Shown: piece by piece, positions 1 to 13,866 of the stretch
Position numbering within the stretch: the first letter of the stretch is position 1
Layout: each line of letters begins with the position of its first letter
Assembly (NCBI RefSeq): GCF_004010195.1
Contig: NC_057711.1
Coordinates: forward strand, 73,531,399-73,595,398
Length of the DNA: 64,000 nucleotides
Reading direction: 5' to 3'
DNA from: Chiloscyllium plagiosum
Taxonomy: Eukaryota
The notes under the pieces: generated by a model
What the model was told of the DNA's origin: nothing
What the model saw: only the letters and a program-made list of their open reading frames with translations
The model's database searches: none
Program-made: the position numbers and the translations under genes

Positions 1-732
1 TCATGTTGCAGTTGTACAGGACATTGGTTAGGCCACTGTTGGAATATTGCATGCAATTCTGGTCTCTTTCCCATCAGAAAGATGTTGTGAAACTTGAAAG
101 GGTTCAGAAAAGATTTACAAGGATGTTGCCAGGATTGGAGGATTTGAGCTATAGGGAGAGGCTGAACAGGCTGGGGCTGTTTTCCTGGAGCGTCGGAGGC
201 TGAGGGGTGACCTTATAGAGGTTTGCAAAATTATGAGGGGCATGGATAGGGTAAATAGACAAAGTCTTTTCCCTGAGGCTATGGTGTCCAGAACTAGAGG
301 GCATAGGTTCAGGGTGAGAGTGGAAATATATAAAAGACACCTATGGGGCAACTTTTTCACACAGAGGGTGGTACGTGTATGGAATGAGCTGCCAGAGGTA
401 AATAGACAAAGTCTTTTCCCTGAGGCTATGGTGTCCAGAACTAGAGGGCATAGGTTCAGGGTGAGAGTGGAAATATATAAAAGACACCTATGGGGCAACT
501 TTTTCACACAGAGGGTGGTACGTGTATGGAATGAGCTGCCAGAGGATGTGGTGGAGGCTGGTACAATTACAACATTTAAATGGCATTTGGATGGGTATAT
601 GAATAGGAAGGATTTGGAGGGATATGGGCTAGTTGCTGGCAGGTGGGACTGGATTGGGTTTGGCTATATGGTCGGCTTGGACGGGTTGGACCAAAGGGTC
701 TGTTTCCATGCTGTACATCTCTATAACTCTGT
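1..732 (+). mobile_element. CR1/HER1-type LINE, 3' end (C-terminal ORF2 plus 3' UTR), with internal 147-bp tandem duplication
   Basis: LYRTLVRPLLEYC..FWS, TRGH, FFTQRVV.VWN.LP motifs; ends ctgtacatctctataactct. Confidence 0.93.
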
Positions 733-769
733 CTTTTGTATATTCTACAGTGAAGACTGTAAAAAGACT

Positions 770-1148
770 TGTCCAATTCTCCCTGTATCTGCGTGAGTTT
801 TCTTCAGGTGATCCAGTCTACTCCCACAGTCCAAAGATGTGCAGGTTAGGATAGACTGACTGTGCAAATTTGCCCACCGTGTCCAGGGATGTGCAGGCTA
901 TGTGGATTAGTCATGAGAAATGCAGATTTATAAGGATAAGGTTGGGGGGTTTGTTTGGGATTCTCTTCAAAGGATTGGTGTGGACTTGTTGGGCCAAACA
1001 GCCTGCTTCCACGCTGTAGAATTAGAATTAGAATTCCTACAGTGTGGAAACAGGCCCTTCAGTCTAATAAGTCCACACCGACCCTCCAAAGGGTAACCCA
1101 CCCTGACCATTCCCTTACCCTATAGGGATTCTATGATGATGATGATGG
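770..1148 (+). mobile_element. HE1-type SINE (5'-truncated) with an inverted SINE 3' fragment (about 1019-1121) inserted in its tail
   Basis: cccacagtccaaagatgtgcaggttagg core and LINE-like tail. The tail resumes as tagggattctatgatgatg after the insert. Confidence 0.85.
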
Positions 1149-1824
1149 TAATAAAGAACACTCACCATTACTTACTGGGCTTGAATATTTATTTGATTTA
1201 ACAAAAATAGGAATTAGTCAGAACATAAACACATTTACTCGAAATGTGAGCCAGTACATCCACGCTTGTTGCCATCACTCCAGCACTGGTGATCATTGCT
1301 TTGATTACTATAGCCCTGTTCACTGGCATTCTCTCTTTAATTTCTCTTGCCACGTTTTATTTTGCTTTCAAAACCTCCTTAAAATACTTCCCTCTTATCT
1401 CAGTATATTTGGCATCCATCCCTAATCTTTTTTTCCATTTCTCTCTTAGTTGCTGTCCACATCTTTATTCTATAAAGCACTCTTAAATTGTCCTACAGAG
1501 ATGTAGGTTGCTTACACAAGTTTCAGTGGAATGTTATGTACAAAAAAACAACACTAAAAGATATCCCTGTGGTTGCTTTATCTCCAGTTTCATTCCAGAA
1601 ACCTAACTGCTTTGAGCTCCTTTGTTATTCACACTAGGAGTATTGTAGAAAAACGAATCAGATGGATGAAATGGTTAATTGTATTTACCTTTTTGGCAAG
1701 CACGGTAATCCATGTCCGGGTTGAAGCTTCAGGGGGCCTTGTCTTCATAGTTTAATTGTGTTGTGTAGGAGAGAATTACAAATGCTTTTTCCATTCTATC
1801 TAGTGTCAGTTTTCTTTATTTTAC

Positions 1825-2150
1825 AGGAAGCAGGCCATTCAGCACACTGAGTCCACAGTGAACCGCCAAAGAGCCTCACACCTAGACCCAACCTTCACCC
1901 TATCCCTGTAACCCTCCATTTCCCAAAGTTAATCTATCTAGCCTGCACATCCCTGGTCACTATGGGCAATTTAGCATGGCCAATCTACTTAACCTGCACA
2001 TCTTTGGATTGTGGGAGGAAACTGGAGCACCCAGAAGAAACCCATGCAGACACAGGGAGAATGTGCAAACTCCACACAGACAGTCGCCTGAGGGTGGTTG
2101 CTGGCACTATAAGATAGGAGTGCTAACAATTGAAGCACTCTGCCACCCCA
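1825..2150 (-). mobile_element. HE1-type SINE
   Basis: Reverse-complement core aacctgcacatctttggattgtgggagg...aaactccacacagacagtcgcctgagg. Confidence 0.9.
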
Positions 2151-4429
2151 GTGTTCACTGAGACTACAATCTCTTTTCACTGGAGCAGATTTGAAATGTC
2201 CATTAAAAAAATAATTTGGTGAAATTGACCCATGAATCTTTACGGATTACAAACAATACTTGAATAGAGTCACAAAACTACATTGGATCTTAGTCAGTTT
2301 AGTTCTGGTGAATGTGAAAATTGTCCATTTATTCAATTTTTCAGAAAAGAATATCCCCTTCTAATATTGCCTACTCAAATTTATCCGGTACCTTGTATTA
2401 TTCTGTATTGCATTTTATCATTTTCTGCAGTGACATAACAAATTTACATCCACTGTTTGAGAAATGTTCATTGTACATTGTCTTCTCTGATGATCTTAGT
2501 ATTGTGAGCAATGTTGATGCTGTACATTTACCTGGATGTATTAATGCATGTTTATAGAGTTAAATTATGTCATGGCAAAGGTTTATGGCTGTGGACCTCA
2601 AAAAATGTGACAAATGTACAAGAAGTTCTTACAAAAAGTACTTCAGCTTTTTTCTCCCCCCACTCTAGTCCTCCTCTCAGCATTGACTCATATTGAGTTC
2701 CAGGGCATCAATCACATTCTGTTACTGCATCAAGGACACATCTTTAATGGTGAGCTCAGACAGTGAGTACTGACTGAATGTGAGACACAATAGAGTTGAT
2801 TCTACCCTATAATCACCTAACATCTATTCATATGGCCTTCAGAGTGAGGTCACTGGGTTGCAATAAAATGTCAGTATATTGTCTGATTATTTTAATTGAA
2901 GATTGTGATTATCTAACTGCTATGATTTAACTCAGTGGTTTTCCCGACAATGGCACTAAGGCTCATCATTCAAAAAGAAATTGGTGTAATATCAACAATA
3001 AAAATGTGCTTACGAATTGTGATGTGTATTTTCTTAATTTTCAGTTTGTGTAGATTTTAATCTTGAAAAGTATGACCTCTATCCAACTTAAAACCAATGG
3101 CAGAACTGAATAAGTGAAAATGCAAAACAGAAATTGTGAGCATTTTGTTCCATGCTTTACACGCAAGATTCAAAACATTCACCTCAAAAGGGCAATAACA
3201 TGATAAAAAGATTATTTAATACAAAACTAGATGTGAAGTACAGAATAAATGTGACATTTTAAATTAGTCAATTGTTATCACACCAAATAATTATTTATGA
3301 AAAATAGTGTTCACTGATTACTTTATAGTCTCAACAATATTGCACAGTAATAGTAATCTGAAACTTCATTAATTCTTTAGCCAGAGCATTAATAGCCTAT
3401 CATCATGTTTCACTCAGTGAATACAGCTAAACAATCAGCCAACAGCAGGTAAAAGTTTTGTACAAACTCAATTAAGTTGCCTCTCATTCACATTGCCTAA
3501 ATACTGCAACTTTTTTCTCTACATTGATATCTATTGATTGCTAAACTTCTCCAAGTGGATACTTTGAGATTGTGAAATGCCACGGCATGAAAAGCTGATC
3601 GTGAAATCAAGTGATGGTAATAAATCTCCATTAAAATTCTATTTGTATAAGAATTAAAGTTATGTTTGTGCATGTTTATCAAAGTAAGTATTCTTGTTCT
3701 TTATGTTTTTAAAGATGTTATCATGCGTTGTGTTTAATTTGATTCTAAGCTAATTTTCTTTACTTCTTTGTTGCTTCATAATACCACTAACCCATTGTGA
3801 TCTATATTGAACACCCAAATTGCTGAATACTATGATATTCAAAAATAATTTATACAATTTTCCTGACAAGAGACTTAAAATTCTAAACAGCAGAGGAAAT
3901 ATTTAATTTTCAATATGTTTCTGTAGCATGCCTTAATGTTTTTCTTCTTTAATGCATTATATGAATGCAGGTTGCTGGGACATGATTACTTTTGCCTTCC
4001 ATATATCTAATTCATAACTTAGCGTATTCACAAACACCTATTTCAAATGGATCGCAATTTTTGTAAAATGCACCTTGAATTTTTCTATGAATACTTGTAA
4101 GTTTGAATGGGCTCATACAACTGATATTTATCTCAAAGAATGCTTGGTTTTATTCCTGTGTTATACTGAAGCAAATTTCATATGTCTATTCATTCAAGGG
4201 CTTATGCCTTTGACAAGGTCATCATCCTCCTCAAAACTTATGGGCAGAATTTTGCATGACTCAAACCAATAGTGATGTAAATGAGAGAGAGCCTCATCGT
4301 AATGCCAGTGTGTATCGTGTAGTGTTCCAAATTCTGAACATCCATTAATAAGTTCTTAATAGACGCAACAATTTTATTTCCTTCACCTCTTTTCTCTCCT
4401 CTGCAGCTCCAACACAAATTTAATTATAT

Positions 4430-4880
4430 TAGTCAAACACAAATCAGATCCTCGTGTCTTTCTTTAATTAATACAAATCTAGAAGTGCATATTAGTTCTT
4501 TTATCCCCTGATTTATTGTTTCTAAAATATGATTTACCATTGATGTTAATCTGACCAACCTATAATTACCAGAAATGTCTTCACACCTTTTCTTGAATAT
4601 AGATGTCATATTAGCCACTTTGTAATCCTCAAGCATTTTTCTTATGTCTCAAAGATTTGAAGATTATTCCTTTTACTATTTGCATCCCATTTCCATTTGC
4701 AACCTTGGATGCAACATCATGTGGACCAACATTTTGAAATATTGCTAACTCCTCTAGTATATCTGGCTTGTCAGTTTTCACCCCACCTATTACCCCTACC
4801 ATTTCCACTTCTCTTGATATTTGTTAGTATCCTCGTTCTGGGTAAACACAGACCCAAAGCACTCATTAAACCATCTGCAA
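4430..4880 (-). mobile_element. Old degraded CR1 LINE ORF2 fragment
   Basis: Translation EDYKVANMTSIFKK...GNYRLVRLTS resembles CR1 DW..ANV.P.FKKG....GNYRPVSLTS. Confidence 0.7.
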
Positions 4881-6191
4881 GAAATTAGCATATTGCAGGT
4901 GACTGCTACTTTGGCAACTAGGCTCCATCTTTCCAGGTAGAAGGACATTGCTTCTGTACCACAAGCATTAATAGAATTCAGTTGTTATCTTGTGTGATAT
5001 GGTCAGGAATGCTTGGGCAAGGCTTTGGACTGCATGGAATAAGCTAGTGTGCAAGTTTAACAAAGCATGTAGTGCTTGCAAATGTGTTTCTGCTTTGGTG
5101 TATGGGTGTCTGTTGCCCTTTGATGGAATTCACATTTCTCAAAATCAAAGCTGCTCTCCCTCACGGAACAAAGCACTTACCTTGCCTACTCTAGTGTGGT
5201 CACAGCCAGTTTCATTTCCTTTGTGCATTTGTTATTTCTAGCATATGGAAGGCAATGGCGGTTGCTCCTTGAGTGAGTCTCAGAATCAGTCTCTCAGGTC
5301 TTGGTGAAGAAACATAAACATCTCCAACCCAGTAGCCCTCCCTGTCAACCCCATTGGTTTTGCACTTCACTAAGTCCCTCCCTAACATGTCTACCTGAGT
5401 CTTCTTCTGCCTTTACTTTACTTCTCTATGCATCCCCAGCCCCAGGCCTATCATTAATCAAATAGTTGTGTCTAGTAGTGCATTACCTTCCCCATGGAAG
5501 CCACCATGCTTCTTATAGTTTACCACCTCCCTCCTGTATGATCCCATTCCATTCCATGTTCAATCCTCTCCCCCACCCATGCTTATATATTGTGATGCCA
5601 CCCTTCAGCATTTTAATCCCCTTTGCATCCGAGCATTTTGACTCCAATCCCCACAATTGAGTTCTCCAGCCTTCCTCTGCAGCAGTGCTCTCTGATAACC
5701 CCTTTAGACTTTTAGGTGATGAAGTTCCAGCACTCATTATAACCAAACTCCCGGAGTGACTTAGCTGTTCAGTTCTGAATGATGAGTTATCCCATCCCTG
5801 ACTGATATCTGTATGGCTCCCTGGATTTGTTCCTGCAATTCCTAGGACTTCAACTGCCTACAAAGCTGTCCGTGACCCACTCCCTGGACTGCAGAAATAC
5901 AAATCTGTTTACCATAACTGCTCAGATTAGGTGTCTGATGCTGCCCAAGCCTCCGTACCTCCTGAATGAATACCATCTCCCTAAGCTTGACTGAGGACCA
6001 TTTAGATTTTGAGACTGGTGCATGTGCAGTGTGTTTGTGACTGGGGCATAAGTGTGTGATTATTACAGCACTGTGCCATTCAGGAAACCATCCACCCCCT
6101 TGACTGGTGGCTACTCACAAGCATGACACACTGCTTGGGTTTGTGTCTCTGTGTTAGATTGCATGGCAGGACAGAAGGAGAACATAAAACA

Positions 6192-6975
6192 CAGACATAG
6201 AATAGTAGAGCAAAGGAACAGGCCCTTCAGTCCACCATATCTGTGCCAACTATGATGCCATTCTAAATCAATCCCATTTGGCTGCACGTGGTCCATACCC
6301 CTCTATTCTCTGCCCGTTTGTGTCTGTATAAATGGCTCTTAAACATTGCTATTGTAATTACTTCTATTACCTGTCCAGGCAGTGCATTCATGACACCCAC
6401 CACCATCTGTGTAAAAAATACTTGTCTCACACCATCTCCTTTACATTTCTCCCCTCTCACCTTAAACCTATGCCCCTTAATATTTGACATTTCCACCCTG
6501 GGAAAAAGGTCTTTGACTATCCACCCTATCCTTGCCTTTCATAATTTTGATTGCCTCTATCAGGTTGCTCCTCACCCTCTAGACTCCAGTAAAAAGCCAA
6601 GTATGCTGTATGCCTTCCTTATCACCTTATCTACTTGTGCTGACATTTCCCAGGAAAGTGGACTTAGGCTTCAATATCCCTCCATATTTCAAAGTTAAAA
6701 ATCACACAACACCAGGTTATAGTCCAACAGGTTTAATTGGAAGCACACTAGCTTTCGGAGCGACACTCCTTCATCAGTCCAACACCGGCATCTCCAAATC
6801 ATCCATATTTCAATACTGCTGAGGATCCTGCCATTTATAGCTCATTTTCTTCTGCAGTTGACCTCCCAAAATGCATCACTCACACTTGTCCCTGGATCAA
6901 CCTCCACCTGACATTTCTCCGCCCAACTTTCCAACTGATCTATATCCTGCTGATTCCTTTAATAACCTTAAGTAC
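6192..6975 (-). mobile_element. CR1 LINE 3' fragment, interrupted by a PLE insertion
   Basis: KGHRFKVRG..FFTQMVVGVMNALP in translation; 3' UTR ggcccttcag motif. Confidence 0.85.
6693..6801 (-). mobile_element. Short Penelope-like pseudo-LTR (pLTR) insertion with hammerhead motif; 12-bp TSD
   Basis: TSD tccatatttcaa at 6681-6692 and 6802-6813. Minus strand reads CTGATGA-AGGAG-TGTCG-CTCC-GAAA-GCTA. Confidence 0.8.
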
Positions 6976-8520
6976 TGTGAACCTTTAAGGTGAGCAAAGC
7001 ACTAAAACACAAGGCAAGGAAAGAGAGGCAAGGATGCTGTGAGCATCCAGGTAGGCACAAAGAAAATGAACAAATAAACCCGAGATGTTGTCTGGCCCAG
7101 AAATACAGACCAGAAACATGGACCAAAATTTTCCATCAATTCCAATGCATCTCCTCCAGTAAGGTAGGAGAAATTGCACCCAGTGACCCACATCTCTTTA
7201 AATTGATTGGGTGCCTGTCCCTGTACACACAGTATCCTTGCAGCAGCAATGAAAAGTGCTGGCATCAAACTGTGGCATGGCATGGCAGAAGTCTACTGTA
7301 CATGGATTGGTGATGTGCCATGCTCATGTAGAGAGACTGGCATGTTTCAGATGCCAGCATCCTTTGTCATTGACTACTTGTGCCCACTGCCCATGATTGT
7401 TGCCCTGAGACATTGGTGTTAGGTGTCCAAAATGATTGGCCAAAGCTGCAAGTGGAGGGCTGGAGTCATCAAGCACCCTCTCAAAATCTTAAATCAGGGA
7501 TTCTTGGCAGCTAGTTTCTTTCTGGCTTGGGGGAGAATGGAAAACTGAATATTAATGAGGGAAGATTAGGTATTAATGAGGCTGATAATGAGTGATAATC
7601 CTAGTCAATAAGCCTCTGACTGCTATCCTGTGAGAATTTTGTCTTGACATTGTTTGAAGTTGTGTCTCATTGGTCTTGACATTGAGAAAAGCCTCACTTG
7701 ACATTTCACATGATTCTCCCACATTTCTCACAATATCGCACATTGTTTGGGGTCTGGGAAGATTCTGCCCTTTATTTAATGTGCTGCTGAAGTGCAGGTG
7801 TCATTGTTTAGCTTGATGATTACATCCTTGCTGGAATAATTTTGTGATTGGTCTATGCAGTCAGTGGTGTAAAGGTTCCACTGTTCTTTTAAACAGGCTA
7901 CAATTTCTGAAGAACTGACAATCTGTAGAATTCTTGATAAAATACAGATTGTAAAAAATAACAGGAATAAATGAAATGAACACTCCAGAGGGATGCTGTT
8001 AATAATTAACAATAGTTTTGAGTAGAATTTCATGAGGTGAGATTTCTGGGAATTGGCTGTTGGCAATCTATGCAAGTTAGTATAAAATTATTGCCTAATG
8101 AACCTAGTGTATTAGTCGCAATCAGCCGGCTGATTTTTGACATTTGCATTCTGGGCTGAAGAGTGACAGATGTCTTGGTCTGAATGATTTTTTGACTCTA
8201 GTCAGCAGCTAGGTTCAGGTCAATGCAGGTTCACCACCAAGAATGGTGTCTTGACCATCTTGGGGTGAAAGGTCGGGTTGGGCCTGGGCCCCTGAAGATA
8301 AAAGATGGCATTTTTAAAGACTGTATTGCAATCAATTTTAAGAAATGTGGGTCACTGGGTGCAATTTGTTTTCTGTTAGTGGAGGAGGTGCATTGGAATT
8401 GATGGCAAATTTTTGTCCATATTTTTGATCTGCATTTCTAGGAAGGGGGAATAGATGCATTCATGAATCACTAAATGTACTGGTACTTGTGGCTCAGAGT
8501 TTCTCCCACAGTCCAAAGAT

Positions 8521-9594
8521 GTTTAATTTAGATAAATGTGAAGTGCTGCGTTTTGGGAAAGCATATCTTAACAGGACTTATATACTTATTGGTAAGGTCC
8601 TAGGGAGTGTTGCTGAACAAAGAGACCTTGGAGTGCAAGTTCATAGCTCCTTGAAAGTGGAGTCGCAGGTATATAGAATAGTGAAGAAGGCGTTTGGTAT
8701 GCTTTCCTTTATTGGTCAGACGAGTACAGGAGTTGGGAGCTCATTTTGCGGCTTCAACATGTTACAGGACATTGGTTAGGCCACAGTTGGAACATTGCGT
8801 GCAATTCTGGTCTCCTTCCTATTGGAAAGATGTTGTGAAACTTGAAAGGGTTCAGAATATTTGCAAGGATGTTGCCAGGGTTGGAAGATTTGAGCTATAG
8901 GGAGAGGTTGAATAGGCTAGGGCTGTTTTCCCTGGAGAATCAGAGGCTGAGGGGTGACCTTATAGAGGTTTATAAAATTATGAGGCGCATGGATAGGATA
9001 TATAGACAAAGTCTTTTCCCTGGGGTGGGTGAGTCCAGAACTAGAGGGCATAGGTTTAGGGTGAGAGGGNNNNNNNNNNNNNNNNNNNNNNNNNNNNNNN
9101 NNNNNNNNNNNNNNNNNNNNNNNNNNNNNNNNNNNNNNNNNNNNNNNNNNNNNNNNNNNNNNNNNNNNNNNNNNNNNNNNNNNNNNNNNNNNNNNNNNNN
9201 NNNNNNNNNNNNNNNNNNNNNNNNNNNNNNNNNNNNNNNNNNNNNNNNNNNNNNNNNNNNNNNNNNNNNNNNNNNNNNNNNNNNNNNNNNNNNNNNNNNN
9301 NNNNNNNNNNNNNNNNNNNNNNNNNNNNNNNNNNNNNNNNNNNNNNNNNNNNNNNNNNNNNNNNNNNNNNNNNNNNNNNNNNNNNNNNNNNNNNNNNNNN
9401 NNNNNNNNNNNNNNNNNNNNNNNNNNNNNNNNNNNNNNNNNNNNNNNNNNNNNNNNNNNNTATGAATAGGAAGGGTTTGGAAGGATATAGGCCGGGTGCT
9501 GGCAGGTGGGACTAGATTGGGTTGGGATATCTGGTCGGCATGGACGAGTTGGACCGAAGGGTCTGTTTCTATGCTGTACATCTCTATGACTCTG
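8521..9594 (+). mobile_element. CR1/HER1 LINE (contains gap) inserted into an HE1 SINE
   Basis: RT C-terminal motifs FN.DKCEVL.FG, RDLGVQV. SINE halves flank it at about 8495-8520 and 9595-9762. Confidence 0.9.
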
Positions 9595-9762
9595 TGGGCA
9601 GGTTAGGTGGATTGGCCCTACTGAAATTATTCTTAGTGTTCCGGGATGTGTAGGCTAGGTGAATTGGCTGTGGGTAGGGGTCTAGGTGGGAAGCTCTTTG
9701 GAGAGTTGGCGGGGACTCGATGGACCAAAGGCCTACATCTACACTATTACGATTCTATGATT
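9595..9762 (+). mobile_element. HE1 SINE 3' half (short 5' part at about 8495-8520)
   Basis: gcaggttaggtggattggcc continues ...cccacagtccaaagatgt from 8505-8522. Confidence 0.8.
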
Positions 9763-10288
9763 ATACTGCTCCCTTAAACATTTGCACAATTAGAAATAAA
9801 GGATGCAGATGAGTGTGTTCAGCCTCCACCTTCTGCCTTGAAGTTCTAAGTCAAATTCTGGGTTTCAAGATTTGACTTTGATTTTGCCTTTGTGTATAAA
9901 ACCTGAAACTGAAGGCATGATTTGTAATTGTGCAGTCAATGAAGGTCGAATGCTTGTTTGGCACTTGTACAATTGAATACAAATTCATTTCATTATTAGT
10001 GTTTGGATACAGACACTTCCCTGCACAGAGTTTCCTGTCTTAACTGTAGAATTGAAAATATCCTCTGCAAAAAACAGAATCTGTGAATGAATTGTAAGTT
10101 TTGACATTGTCAGAAATGAATGTACGCTACATTCGCACAGTTGCCAAAATGCAGTTTTTGACCCCCTTTCGAAGATGCGTCATATGGGGACACGATATGG
10201 ATAGTAACAAAAGTTCTCTTTTAATTTTCCAAGTAACCATTTTAGAAATTGGAAAGTAGATGGTACTCATTAACAGACTATTTAATAA

Positions 10289-11349
10289 TTTTATGACCAA
10301 GACTGGAGGAGACTATCCTTTGCTCTAGTCACTAATTCATAGATCTCAATACAAAATAAAATTTTTTTTTCAGTTATCAAGAAGACCAAAGAAGTATCTT
10401 ATCTATCAGTGTTAAGCATCAAAATTTATCAACTGGATTTCTTAATAAATACAAGTATTGGTTTATTATTGAAACAAAACTTATTCAATAAAGCTGCAAT
10501 GACTGGTTAGCATACACTATCAGTAATAATGTCCAACTACTTGGCCCTTTGAATATCCTGAAACATACTCAAACACACCTTCCTCAAGAATAAAGAGTAA
10601 AAAGACACAGATTTCTCTTTGAAAAAGAAACACTGTTGTCATTGGGCCATTACTGAAGGCAAAAGAAGAAATTGTAGCATGTTCTGGAGCCTGATGCTCT
10701 GTCATATGTGGTGAAGTCCCTATTTGGACATGGTTGTCTCTGATGTTTTGCACACACAGCTTGCTCAGGAAATGTAACCTCAAAATATTATTTTAATCAC
10801 TCTTTCTAAAGAACAAATAGGTTTCACCCTGAATTCACCAAGAGGGTTGACCTTTCAGAAATGAGAGAGATCAGGTAGGCAGCTTGTTTTTAGCAAGCTC
10901 TCCTCCACTTTGCTTGTTTATAGCAGGCTTTCTTCCAATTCTGAGCTGAAAATGTGTTGCTGGTAAAGCGCAGCAGGTCAGGCAGCATCCAGAGAACAGG
11001 AGAATCGACGTTTCGGACATAAGCCCTTCTTCAGGAATCACCTGGCACCTAGCAGGCTTTCTTCCAACTGGACCAATTAAAACAAGGACCTCTCCCAACT
11101 AGTCACTATTCAAATCAGCTGTAGTAGGAATCTACAGCAAATCATAAAGTTATTAGCTGTTACAACAATTTACAGAACACGTTGGTAAAACAGAATTTCA
11201 ATGTGTTCCAGAATTCCAAGCCCACAGTGAACTTTCAATAATCTCTTTTAAACAAATCACTTTAGTTATGCCCTCAAAACCTGAAATAAATCCACTTTCT
11301 GCAGTTCTTAAAAACTTAAACCCTCCAAACAACTGAAGCTGTCATAACA
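10289..11349. mobile_element. Possible solo LTR (about 1 kb) carrying a PLE insertion
   Basis: Inverted termini tTTTATGAC ... GTCATAACA. The left TG is mutated and no TSD is seen. Confidence 0.35.
10939..11049 (-). mobile_element. Short Penelope-like pLTR insertion with hammerhead motif; 18-bp TSD
   Basis: TSD tagcaggctttcttccaa at 10921-10938 and 11050-11067. Minus strand reads CTGAAGA-AGGGC-TTAT-GTCC-GAAA-CGTC. Homologous to the 3' end of the GIY-YIG element at 25210-25352. Confidence 0.85.
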
Positions 11350-11506
11350 ACCACTGCATCAGTAATTTGATGTTCCTCTTTCTTAACTAATGAAAATAAA
11401 TAGGAACACAAAACAGAGAACTGCAAGTTTGAGACAAACACAAGTAGTGCTGGATAAACGCAACAGGTCTGGCAGCATCTATAGAGAGAAAAACAGTTGT
11501 CATTTT

Positions 11507-11649
11507 AACGAGGTAAAAACAATGACTGCAGATGCTGGAAACCAGATTCTGGATTAGTGGTGCTGGAAGAGCACAGCAATTCAGGCAGCATCCGATGAGC
11601 AACAAAATCGACGTTTCGGGCAAAAGCCCTTTCATCAGGAATAAAGGCA
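11507..11649 (-). mobile_element. Penelope-like pLTR with hammerhead motif, runs into gap
   Basis: Minus strand reads CTGATGA-AAGGGC-TTTT-GCCC-GAAA-CGTC. Close match to 62761-62881. Confidence 0.85.
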
Positions 11650-12246
11650 NNNNNNNNNNNNNNNNNNNNNNNNNNNNNNNNNNNNNNNNNNNNNNNNNNN
11701 NNNNNNNNNNNNNNNNNNNNNNNNNNNNNNNNNNNNNNNNNNNNNNNNNNNNNNNNNTGATCCAGGATTTACTCCCTGTCTGACTTTACTCACCATTGAA
11801 CCCAAGAAAATAATAATAGACATGGTTTAAAATTATTATTCCACCTGATCTTATGGATGTCTCATTAGTTAAGTTTTATTAAAAATACTTATTGTCCCAA
11901 ATCACCACAATTAATAAAATTCCATTTTCATTGTTGATTGAAAAGTGGAGTGCCTCCAAGTTCAACTAAAATCCAGTCCTCAAAATATAATATTACTGTT
12001 TGAACTGGTCAACATTTGAACAACTAAAACCACCAAGTTTCTGCTTTTTCAGCCACATAGCTGCCGTACAACTTTTAATGAATTTAGGTGCAGGTCTTCA
12101 TAACCAAAAATGGACTGCAAAATGATGTTAATGATGGAACAACATTGCTATAGGCCAGTGTGAATTTCAAAATTTACTTCAGAAGCAACGGTTCTGATCT
12201 TTATCCAAGCAATTCATTGCCTTTATTGGTCCAATGCCTTCACTAG

Positions 12247-12857
12247 CAGTACACTGAATAGAGGCATGGGATGACATGTTCTGGTTGTACAGGACATTGG
12301 AGAGGCCATTTTTAGAATATTGTGATCAAATCTGATCTTCCTGCTATAGGAAAGATGTTGTTAAATTTCAAAGAGTTCAGAAAAGAGTTACATGGATGTT
12401 GCTGGGATTGGAGGGTTTGAGCTACAGGGAGAGGCTGAATATACTGGGACTTTTTCCCTGAAGCATCAGAGGCTGAAGGTGACCTTCTATAGGTTTGTAA
12501 AATCATGAGGGGCATGGATACGGTGAATAGCTATTCTTTTTCTCAGAGTAAGGGAGTCCAAAACTAGAGGGCATAGTTTTGAGGTGAGAGATGGAAGATT
12601 TAAAACGGACCTGAGGGGCAACCTTTTTACACAGAGGGTGGTGTGTGTGTATGGAACAGGTTGCCAGAGAAAGTGGTGAAAGCCAGCACAATTATGTCAT
12701 TTAAAAGGCATCTGGATGGGTACATGAATAGGAAGGATTTAGGGGATATGAGCTAAATGCTGGAAATGGGGCTACATCAATTTAGGATCTCTGGTTGGCA
12801 TGGACAAATTGGGCCGAAGGGTTTTTTTTTGCCATGCCGTATATCTCTATGACTCTG
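12247..12857 (+). mobile_element. CR1/HER1 LINE 3' fragment
   Basis: Homologous to 1-732; ends atctctatgactct. Confidence 0.9.
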
Positions 12858-13866
12858 AGTTGCCTTTCACACATCAGAATAAACTTTTCGCCCCCCTGTA
12901 GTCAAACATGCAATCAATATTACATTTTAACATTATTTTTAGAAGGTGCATATCAAATAAAAGGAAGAGATTCTAATGAATGCTGCTACCAATTTAACAT
13001 TATGTTTATTATAACAGAAATTGTTGTGTGATCTAATGATTAATTATTTTAATAAGGTCCACTCTAAGGCTGTCAAATTATAAACATTTTGCTTAAGTGT
13101 AACTCTACTGGGTGCTCTTTTTACTTGACTTATGGGTTATGTAATTATGAGTATACATTTGACTTTGCACCCAAATGAAAGCACATTTTCCACTAATGTG
13201 AAACCAAAAGCACTTCACGCTGATGTAAACTGTATCGCGTTACTGGCCTGTAAATTATTTACAATGTATTCATGCTGTTTTGGTCAACCTTTTCCATATA
13301 AGTCTACAGCCTCCCAATTTACAGTATGTTGTGTTCTGCTCATGTATTGTCTGACTAAATTAAGGCAGATAGAATACATTAAAAATGATTAATTCAAAAG
13401 CTTTCATTTTCTAGTTACCTGAAACCTGCTACTTAGAGCATCATTAATTTTAAATCAGCCTAGTGCATAGGGACACCAGCATTTGAAAATCTTACTTTCA
13501 ACGAAGACATACATTTTAGCAGTTATATAATTTAAGGGTACACTAGAATAGTTCTAAGTCTAAAATAAAAATCTCTAATAACTTGATTTTATGTAGTGTC
13601 TTGACATAACAAAATGTACAAAGACATTTTAGAGAGAAATAATCAGGAATAAAATGGACATTAAGGCAAAGAAAGAAATGTTAGAAGTTATCAGTTTTAA
13701 GAAGTACGTTAAAGAATTCCAGAGTTAAGGCGAATCATGTTAAGTCAGGAAAAGGAATGGATCAAGAGTAGGTCACTGGGAACCTCAGTGGTTACCACGT
13801 GTAACAAAAAAGAAACAGTTGCTGGAGACTTCCTGGCAATGTTAGGATAGGTAGATTCAGGATTGT

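Noticed and set aside
8842..9581. Long ORFs crossing N runs (also 11532-11823 and 16649-17365)
   Set aside because: Their length is an artefact of gaps; the real portions are LINE or PLE fragments.
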